Part shown: positions 24,101 through 64,000 of the stretch, in pieces
Layout of the letters: each line of letters begins with the position of its first letter
Numbering within the stretch: position 1 is the stretch's first letter
Source: Phoronis australis
Lineage: Eukaryota > Animalia > Phoronida
DNA: 64,000 nt
Direction of reading: 5' to 3'
Assembly (NCBI GenBank): GCA_002633005.1
Contig: NMRA01000009.1
Location: 667,169-731,168 of the forward strand
Position numbers and translations under genes: made by a program
The notes under the pieces: generated by a model
Told to the model about the DNA's origin: nothing
Databases searched by the model: none
Seen by the model: only the letters and a program-made list of their open reading frames with translations

Positions 24101-25344
24101 CTCTTTTATACTGCTATGTCAAGAGAATATTGGAACATTTCTATCTTACTCCTCATACTTTTTATTTAAAAATCATCAAATTTTCTTATACGTGTTAACA
24201 CCAGTTTAGTGTTGCAGACATTTTCATTCTAATATGACTACGGTTAAACTTGCGCGTGTATTCAACTTGCCCATGACTTGATTAATAGTAAAGTGTACAT
24301 GTTGCACTCTGTACACTGGCAACATGGGATTGTTTGTTGTTTTGGGGTATGTCAGAGTATTTGGCAATTGAATTTTTGATAAGTTTTGATTTCTTTTGAG
24401 ATGTGTTTGGCCGAAAATACCAACCTGGCAATATTGACAGGTCAAAAAATACCATCCAGTTTTAGTGCATCACTTCTTACAAGAACAACCACCCATAATG
24501 TCAGCTTTTTTCTGAAGACCATCACCCATGAATTTTTATTTCTACTGCCGCCCCCTTCCAATACGGATTTTGCTGGAACAGCCCTTAGCTGTTTTAAAAT
24601 AAATACTTTAGACTGAAGGCACATTCAACATGTGTTGTTTTCACCTTTTCTATGTGGTGCCAAGGATGCTTTACAAACAGATAATTTTATGTGCATTCCA
24701 TAATCTGAAGGATTCAAACTATACCATTTGTTGTAACAGAACTCAATGCCAACCTCTCTCTGATTTTCTTCACAACAGCAAGAGCAGACTTTCCACTTGG
24801 GACACTGCAGTTTTCGATGTCCCAAAACACACCAATTAAGGGTCGGACAGATTGATTACCAGCTAAAATAATAATAATAATAATCATAGAAATTGTACAG
24901 TAAATCTTCTGTTGTTTCCCAAAAATGTCAAATAAGTCCATTTAAAAAAAAATTCAAAAGCTGGCTACCTTGCTAACAATAAGGTATTTTGTCATGGAAT
25001 TGAGCAGTGCAGACTGAGAATTTCTTCATATTTGTGTTAGTTAAGAAACTTTAGTCTATAACACTTTTCTGCCATGCAGTACGCTAAACAGGTCAACATT
25101 ATACACTGTAAGAGTTAACAAGTTTTCACACAAAACACATCATTTGTAAAATACCAATAAAATGTCATTGAATGGAAGTTAGGAATGACAATGTATTCTT
25201 GTTAACCTTGCCTGGACACAAAAAGTTTTAGTCATACGACCTTCAGGTAATCATTATAACTCATTGGGACTTGCTTGTCATGTCGTACCAGCTTGTAGTT
25301 TCCTTACCCTGGTTACCATCCATACTAATCCCACTATCACACAT
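3006..25344 (-). CDS. MARF1: MARF1/Limkain-b1 (meiosis regulator and mRNA stability factor 1), multi-exon gene span; 3' part lies beyond the left window edge
   Basis: 15 phase-consistent GT-AG exons (2746 nt, ~915 aa). They give the NYN domain ([18 protein letters not shown]...[15 protein letters not shown]...[17 protein letters not shown]), RRM1, a disordered linker, RRM2 and successive LOTUS/OST-HTH domains. This matches the MARF1 domain order and sequence as I recall it. Confidence 0.96.
3396..4875 (-). mobile_element. Helentron-associated (HINE/DINE-1/pearl-like) non-autonomous element with ~147-bp internal subrepeats
   Basis: Reverse copy of the 57273-58785 element: terminal hairpin ccccatataaatatgtgggcgcataaaaa at the right end, aacaagagcaatg..cattg at the left end, and a repeated GCCACTAGGTGGCGC core. 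Confidence 0.7.
4902..5082. repeat. ~86-bp tandem duplication abutting a MARF1 donor
   Basis: Two copies of gatatagccaatagcaacaacat..acaactatgtgac..tagatatt..tacatactg.gaactgaaaatt. Confidence 0.85.
5085..5302 (-). CDS. MARF1: MARF1 exon, LOTUS ([12 protein letters not shown]...[38 protein letters not shown])
   Basis: ttccacag / CAG|GTAATT; highly conserved MARF1 OST-HTH signature. Confidence 0.95.
5419..5947. mobile_element. PIF/Harbinger-type MITE
   Basis: Imperfect TIRs GGGCTGTACCA... / ...TGGAACAGCCC; 3-bp TSD TAA at 5416-5418 and 5948-5950. Confidence 0.8.
6130..6575. repeat. ~53-bp minisatellite, ~8 diverged copies
   Basis: ccaactaaggtaatatgatggacttcaggtacacaagtccagttaccaaatat. Confidence 0.9.
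6572..6735 (-). CDS. MARF1: MARF1 exon ([34 protein letters not shown]...RTPSV)
   Basis: ctttcag / TTG|GTAGGG; phase 2 to 1. Confidence 0.9.
7506..7681 (-). CDS. MARF1: MARF1 exon ([14 protein letters not shown]...[20 protein letters not shown])
   Basis: ttgtag / GAG|GTATAT; start of a LOTUS domain. Confidence 0.9.
7988..8132 (-). CDS. MARF1: MARF1 exon ([31 protein letters not shown]...CSDFE)
   Basis: tttcag / GAG|GTTGGT; phase 2 to 0. Confidence 0.88.
8511..8860 (-). mobile_element. Degraded HINE-like fragment
   Basis: acatataaatatgtgggcacataaaaa terminus, plus gccattagggggcac and ttaggagatacagc segments shared with 3396-4875. Confidence 0.5.
9129..9300. repeat. 41-bp minisatellite, ~4 copies
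   Basis: ccatgacaacagcctgttctctgacatgacattacaacaca. Confidence 0.9.
9741..9821 (-). CDS. MARF1: MARF1 exon, LOTUS 1 start ([27 protein letters not shown])
   Basis: ttacag / AAG|GTACAG; LPLFKF motif. Confidence 0.9.
10275..10453 (-). CDS. MARF1: MARF1 exon, RRM2 ([47 protein letters not shown]...)
   Basis: cttttag / CAG|GTATGA; [16 protein letters not shown]2 motif. Confidence 0.93.
11037..11908 (-). CDS. MARF1: MARF1 large exon (872 nt): S/P/R-rich linker and start of RRM2 ([31 protein letters not shown])
   Basis: Lies within the 319-aa ORF 10959-11918; tttacag / CAG|GTAGTT; phase 1 to 0. Confidence 0.9.
12352..12523. repeat. 21-bp minisatellite, ~8 copies
   Basis: catcccaacaagggaactgat. 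Confidence 0.95.
12807..12892 (-). CDS. MARF1: MARF1 exon, RRM1 second part ([28 protein letters not shown])
   Basis: tttttgcag / AAG|GTGAGT; phase 2 to 1; resembles the vertebrate AQKRMENEDVFGNRIIVSF. Confidence 0.9.
13408..13804. mobile_element. MITE with ~45-bp imperfect terminal inverted repeats
   Basis: ccaggttgcatgaaacagtcccaaatagggacttgaccaagttc pairs with the reverse complement of gaacttagttgagtccctagttgggactatttcatgtaaccggg; TSD not resolved. Confidence 0.65.
14392..14635. repeat. 34-bp minisatellite, ~7 copies
   Basis: gggtgtaatataggcacagctccataggcacaaa. Confidence 0.95.
17145..18090 (+). mobile_element. Non-autonomous hAT element (older copy)
   Basis: TIRs CAGGCCTTCATACAG / CTGGATAAAGCTCTG; 8-bp TSD CCCAGTGG/CCCAATGG; collinear with 35127-36163. 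Confidence 0.85.
18672..19072. repeat. 54-bp minisatellite, 7 copies, carrying a copy of a MARF1 exon end and donor
   Basis: tcaatgcacacacacctgtcagcagcattagatgaccaagactctactagtcat. Confidence 0.95.
19931..20106. repeat. 57-bp tandem repeat, 3 copies
   Basis: attttgtaataaatttagttgagttgaacaatctaagacaagagattgtttcctttaa. Confidence 0.9.
20415..20575 (-). CDS. MARF1: MARF1 exon, RRM1 first part ([12 protein letters not shown]...[29 protein letters not shown])
   Basis: ccacag / CAG|GTGTGT; LSDNCGG motif of the limkain RRM. Confidence 0.93.
21625..21791 (-). CDS. MARF1: MARF1 exon, end of NYN ([24 protein letters not shown]...LPERIVQR)
   Basis: ctctag / AGA|GTACGT; 167 nt, phase 1 to 0. Confidence 0.92.
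22177..22294 (-). CDS. MARF1: MARF1 exon, NYN ([40 protein letters not shown])
   Basis: ctccag / CAG|GTTAAT; contains the AADD acidic motif. Confidence 0.94.
22616..22709 (-). CDS. MARF1: MARF1 exon, NYN ([31 protein letters not shown])
   Basis: ttggcag / CAG|GTATTT; 94 nt, phase 2 to 0; too short for the ORF track, translated by hand. Confidence 0.93.
22987..23093. repeat. 15-bp minisatellite, ~7 copies
   Basis: aagacataacggtga. Confidence 0.9.
23266..24584. mobile_element. PIF/Harbinger-type MITE of the same family, with a nested HINE-like fragment (~23420-23930)
   Basis: TIRs GGACTGTTCCAGCAAAATC / GATTTTGCTGGAACAGCCC; TSD TTA on both sides; ends similar to 5419-5947. Confidence 0.75.
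24754..24862 (-). CDS. MARF1: MARF1 exon, start of NYN domain ([37 protein letters not shown])
   Basis: ttttag acceptor, AG|GTTGGC donor, WDIEN catalytic motif. Confidence 0.93.
25308..25344 (-). CDS. MARF1: MARF1 probable first coding exon ([12 protein letters not shown]); full exon 25404-25308
   Basis: Acceptor ctcttctag ends at 25405 and donor is CAGG|GTAAGG. Phase 1 fits the next exon (G|CT). An in-frame stop lies upstream of the ATG. No homology support for this peptide. Confidence 0.6.
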
Positions 25345-25463
25345 CCTGTTGTCGAAATCTCACTTCTCTAGTTGTTTTCATTCTCTCTGCCTCCCCATCC
25401 AAAACTAGAAGAGCAACCATACATATGTTATGCGTGTAACTTTTACTTGCATAATGCAGATAT

Positions 25464-27182
25464 CAGTGGCGGATCTACGGGGGGGGGGTTCANGGGTTTA
25501 AGCCCCCCCTCGGGCCAGGACCCAAAAATTAAAAAAAAAAGCGTCTCCAGCAAAACAAAAACGGCAACGCCAGCGTGTGTAAACCCCAAGTAAACCAACT
25601 TGGAAAAAATTGAGGGGGGGTTGCATTGTGAACTGCTGAGTCTTTGTGGCTCATCGGCAAAACGCGCGGGGATTTATTGTGCGCGCGCTTCCGTCGACAC
25701 TTCTGAAGTGGCCAAGCATTTTAGATGGATTCAGCGCTGAAAGATCAGTTCTATAGCTGATTTCTTTAGGTAACTAGCTTCTTTAGTACTCTTAGATATA
25801 TTTTGATTTCATTAGGGGAAATACTGCGGTGCCGCAACCCTGATATTCAGGCCAATTGACGTGCAACGTAACGTTTTTACCTTATCTGTCATGCCGTGTC
25901 ATTCTATTACACTCCACACGTTTGTTTGTAACTGATGTATAGTAAAGTTGTCTTGCGCAATATACAGTGTACATGTACATGAAATATTGTGTACATGTAC
26001 ATGTAATATTTTTGAAAAAAAANNNNNNNNNNNNNNNNNNNNNNNNNNNNNNNNNNNNNNNNNNNNNNNNNNNNNNNNNNNNNNNNNNNNNNNNNNNNNN
26101 NNNNNNNNNNNNNNNNNNNNNNNNNNACCAGCAGGTTCTGTTTTTTCATCGTCACTCAGGTTCCATTTTCTTTAAAAAATGAAGTAAATTTTCTTCATTG
26201 CACAGGAGCAGACGACAGAAACGGAGTCATAGTGCGCAGCGCCACTGTCGGTCGCCCGGGATATCGCGGGAGAGCCTATACTTAGCCACAGTTCCGTTAC
26301 GAATAAGCCGTGTTCCGAATTTGACATTTGAAATTGGATCTAAGCTCCCCCCCTCCTACCCCCAAACACTAAAACTGCACACATTTAAATGTTGTTTCAT
26401 CCGTATAATTTTAATTACCGGTGTTAATTTTTAAACTCAACATTTCCCTACGCTCTTGCTGTTTTATTTTTTTGCGGCAGCCAAGGGGGGGGGGCGGCCC
26501 CCTGGCCCCCCCTAAATCCGCCTATGTCAATTGTTGTCAACGTGATTCAGCTTAATAAAGTGATACCTATTTATTTATTGTTGCTTTTAATAATAGACTA
26601 TGAGTTGAGAGCACCATCGTTCGCCAGTTTTTAGCGTAACGAGACGAAACACATTTCCGGACTAACAGTACAGGTCTTCGTTCTTAAACAACTTGAGTCT
26701 GCTGTTACGCGATCATCTGATATTCAGGTTTTTACGCTTCGTCGGTGCTCCTTAATTATGCTTTTGAATATTTGCAAATTGTCTAAACCCCTGTATACAC
26801 ACTACAGTTTTTCGTATACGACTTTTCGTATGCTAAAAAAGGTGTGTGTAAGCAGACGTTCCAACAAAAATTTTTGCTGGTGGCATGACTCGTACCCAGA
26901 TGTGCGCAATATGGTTTCACGAAACTTATGGTGACAAGTTCATGTGACGAAATCGAGAAGGGTTTTTAATTATCTTAAGAAAAACTCCAGAGACATGTTA
27001 AGTGCCAGAAACTTACCAGGGTGCATGGAAATTTCACTGTTTGGCTACAAAAACAAAAAAATATCTTACACGAGAGGGGAAACCCCCCTCCCGACCTCCC
27101 CACGCTCGGCGCCACGAGCCTAGGATTCGACCTTGGCGGGAATCCTAAACCCCCCCTTGGTGAAAACGTAGATCCGCCACTG
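25464..27182. mobile_element. Non-autonomous hAT-like element with 5-bp TSD; contains a nested fragment and an N gap
   Basis: Perfect 16-bp TIR CAGTGGCGGATCTACG / CGTAGATCCGCCACTG; GATAT flanks both ends. Confidence 0.8.
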
Positions 27183-27199
27183 GATATGATAAAGTTCAG

Positions 27200-29399
27200 A
27201 AAAATAAAAGATTTAATTTTACAGTATGGTGGAGCTGCAGACAGAGACAGACAAGCTGTGTTGTCCTCTCTCAACTGGACAATGGCCGAGCTGACAGCTC
27301 AGGTTAAGACATGGACAACTGAATGAGGTAATGGCTAGGTAATTCAATTGTTGTTGAACATTGTTATTGTTGTATTCTCACATCTTGACATGAGTTGTTA
27401 GCTCATCATTTACTCGACGCAGACAGCTCAGCCCATAGCTCTTCCTCTGCAATTACCCTAAAATGACTGAACTGGCAAAATTTCTTCTATATTTTACAAG
27501 GTCAACAAGTTTGAACAACCTCGTAAACCAACTTAAAAACTAGTTTTATGTTAGTACACTTTTCTAAGATATTCTTACAATTAAAAAGATTCTTACAATT
27601 AAGAATTTAACAACAGATAGCCAATTTTCAAGCACTGGGAGCACACATGGGATCTTTTCAAAGGACTACAGTCAGATGATACTAGGAGCTCAAAGAGAGC
27701 AGACTGAACAAGTATGAAGCAGAAGAAAATATGCAGATGAGCGCCTGACCCTCTCATGCTGAGTTAGCCTGAAGGGCTCCGCAGTAAGTAGCAGAGGTTC
27801 ACTACAAGTCTTTCGGCTTGCAATCTGGTCATCAGGAATGTGCACCTTAGACAGAGTTTCATTCAAACTCAGGAACTGGTGATTTTGTGGCACATGACTT
27901 CCGGTTGTGACGTACAGCCCGATAAAGCCTCTCTAAGTCGCTTGCCAAGCAACAATTGCCTCTTGTCTGAACAGTTAAGATGCTTGCGGCCATCACATGT
28001 GGAACTTGGGTTCAAGTCCCGAAGTCCCTGAATTTTTCTAAAGAGAGTACTTTTTCTTGAGATTTAAAGTAACCAATCAGGGATTTGCAGATGCCCTGGA
28101 TAATCATGGGCGGCGCACCATAGGGGGCTGGGGGGCTATAGCCCCTCCACTTTTTCAGTGCTGCGCCGCCCATGATACACCCTTCTGAATCTGCGCCTGG
28201 CATTACATAAATTGTGCACACATAATTCTACAAGGTCAAGGTCACCTCATTAATATTGGTCACAGAAAGATACTAAATATGTTCATCTGCAATCTTAATC
28301 ATGGGTGATTTTCTGAGATTGGCTAAGTTGCTAACACTGACATTATATTTACAATATTTATGACATCTTGTGTCGTGAATATATCCTGACAACTAGCAAA
28401 ACGTGATCACTAACACTGGGTCACCCTTTTCACAAACACAGTGACAGGTCTACACGCTACAAATTGTTGTGACACAGTTTTTGGTTTAGAGCAGACTTAG
28501 AAGAAACTAATTGTATTCATCAAATCTTGTTCGATGCAATATTGAGGAACCATAAACAGCACAACGTCACGACTTGCCTTTTCTTTAGGCACTCCGGCTA
28601 CATTTTCCCTTTGATGGTGCGTCGCAACTTCATATTCATAATGCCCTGCAACACCTCCGCGAAAAAGTGTACATACAACTTCCGGCAAATAATAGAACTT
28701 CAATGTTTTGTCAAAAACCAATACTCGAAATAATTTCAACTTTATAAGTTTTTTTTATGTATATCAAATTATTATGAAAAGCTATTATTACAAATTCAAA
28801 TGCTTAATTTGTGATATTCAGATTGGTAAAATGTGCGTAAGAACATGAACTACTTTCAATGATCAAAATTTGGGTTGGAGATTTTGTGGTTTCCGCTGGA
28901 CGATGTCAGAGTTTTCTGGTAGTTATCTGAAGTTTCGCAGGATACGTGTTCATTTTTATTAACATCTGTCATCCATGTTCTCATGATTTCTGTTACTCCA
29001 TTGGAGTGTGAATTTATGTTTTCGATTTGCCAACATTGGTAATGAGAACTTGAGTTCTGTTGCGCGTACACCGAGACAGTTGAAGTGAAACTCAAAGACT
29101 CAAGTCGAGATCCGGAGACCAGACAGACAGTTTCAAGTCTTCGACTGCGTCTGAAGGCATTAAACTTGCTGCATTTCTCCCATTTGGAACGGTGTTTTGC
29201 TGTTGCCATTGTTGGCAGTTTTGTACACCAAAAAGATCGTCACTGTTAACAAACTGTTCTAAGACTACAAAGGATTCAGTGAGAGATTGAAAAACTCACA
29301 ACAAAACAGAAAAATTTCACTACTTTACTTTGAACTCGATAAATAGGTTGTTTCAGCCTTACTTACTGCTCGCTGTAGCAAAGACGGTGCTCATTCAAA
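27200..29399. promoter_or_regulatory. Probable shared/bidirectional promoter and 5'UTR region of MARF1 and NudE
   Basis: Inferred from the divergent gene orientation. ETS-type ACTTCCGG motifs occur at ~27897 (next to TGACGT) and ~28678. Transcription starts cannot be located from sequence. Confidence 0.4.
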
Positions 29400-62344
<32,945 letters not shown>

Positions 62345-63757
62345 GTGATTAGGACAGTCACATGTAGGCTAGATAGAGCATTGCTGGGCCTGGTGAATTT
62401 TGGGAGAAGAAATCTAATTAACTGTTTCATGCACCAGGTTTTTGAACATAATTTTAACTGAATTGTTTTAATGGTATTGCTGAGAACTCGTTTCACAACT
62501 GTTACACTTTAAGGTCTGTGTGAAGAATTTTAGACGATTACAACGTGTTATAGCCTATCATGCTCAAGGTATTTATGTGTTTGTGATCCTGTCACACAAT
62601 CAGTTGTAAAGCCTTGGTTGAATGGTGACAGATATGTCTTGAGCATCACTCTGAGCACATAAATGTCATAAATTGCCTCAATGGTTAGGTTTATTGACTT
62701 ACTTTTGTCTGTGTCAACGCCGGAATCCTGACATGGGTGTTCTATTTGCATCTATCGTTTTTTGTCCTGTGTTTTTGTGGTTCTGTGTTCTCCCGGTGGC
62801 ACTATTTGGTGCGAAAAGGCTACTTCACAAATAATTGTGCTCAAGTTTTCCTGGTGCTATCTGGATAGCCCAGTACATCTAAAATGACAAAAAAATCCAG
62901 TTGCGGTCTTGTTGGATGGTGCAGGAAAGTGACAGTCTGCGAAATCTCTGCATGTTGATAAAACCATACGCAAACTGGTTTTGCAAGAACATTCTTCAGT
63001 TTGTCCATTTCAATTAATTTTTTATGCTTACTTCAAAGATTATGGAATTTAACAAAATTATATGTTGTGCCAGATTTTGATAGAATGTTACTGCAATGTT
63101 AGTAGAGTATAATGTGTAGATTTTTTAGTGTACATATAGATTTGTAATTTTTTAATTAGACAGCTTCAAACCTGCTAGAGATTGGAACTCAGATGGTTGG
63201 AAAGGGGCAAATGTACCATTTCCTTTGTTTTTGTAATTAATATACTTTTCCAATGAATAATTTTGATAATATGGATGACTAATGTAACTACTATAACGTA
63301 AACCCTCGTTGATATTCAACTCATGAACATTTGTGATGGTCATGATAATGGGACTGGTCAGGTTTTGCTTCAAAAAACTGGAATTTTACTCACATGTGGA
63401 TTGTTTGGTTGATTGTGTGAGGCTAGTGTTTTGCAAGTCTATGTTTGTACATAATATCGCCTTAATGAGTTTTATGTTATAATTATTTGTTATGTTATGT
63501 TATCTGGGTAAACAAGCTGTGTAGTATCTGATGTACAATTGTCAAAATTTGTTTTATTGTTCTTAATAAGTGGCATAAGTTCTTGAACCACAAGTTTCGG
63601 ACTCAACAATCCTGCTTTTTTCTTTTTTGCCCACAAACCAAATAACAGCAGAGATTCATACTTTATGTGTCAAATGGTATTATCACTAGTGACAATGTGG
63701 TAGACTTTGCATTTACTATCTGTATGAGTTTATTGTTAGGCATGCTGCAAATTAATA

Positions 63758-64000
63758 TTTAGTGTATGGCACACTTAGTGTATGGTACGCTTAGTGTATG
63801 GCACACTTTGTGTGTGGCGCACTTAGTATATGGTATATTTAGTGGATGGCACACTTTCTGTGTGGTGCATTTAGTATATGGTATATTTAGTGGATGGCAC
63901 ACTTTGTGTGTGGTGCACTTAGTATATGGTATATTTAGTGAATGGCACACTTTGTGTGTGGTGCACTTAGTATATGGTATATTTAGTGGATGGCACACTG
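63758..64000. repeat. 48-bp composite minisatellite running to the window end
   Basis: ttagtggatggcacactttgtgtgtggtgcacttagtatatggtatat. Confidence 0.9.

Overview
Animal (invertebrate-like, AT-rich) genomic DNA with long introns and four N gaps; it is not prokaryotic. Two spliced genes lie head-to-head. On the minus strand is MARF1/Limkain-b1 (NYN ribonuclease, two RRMs, then LOTUS/OST-HTH repeats): 15 coding exons traced by hand from 25344 down to 3006, about 915 aa, and the gene runs off the left edge. On the plus strand is a complete NudE-family gene (NDE1/NDEL1 co-orthologue): 9 coding exons from 29400 to 62344, 304 aa. All inferred introns are GT-AG and phase-consistent. This divergent MARF1-NDE1 arrangement is the same as at human 16p13.11. 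The introns contain many non-autonomous DNA elements: hAT-like with 8-bp or 5-bp TSDs, PIF/Harbinger MITEs, and Helentron/HINE-like elements carrying ~147-bp-spaced CTCF-like motifs. They also contain many minisatellites, and several of these begin at, or carry copies of, the genes' own splice sites. Most entries in the supplied ORF track are intronic or repeat-derived artefacts.
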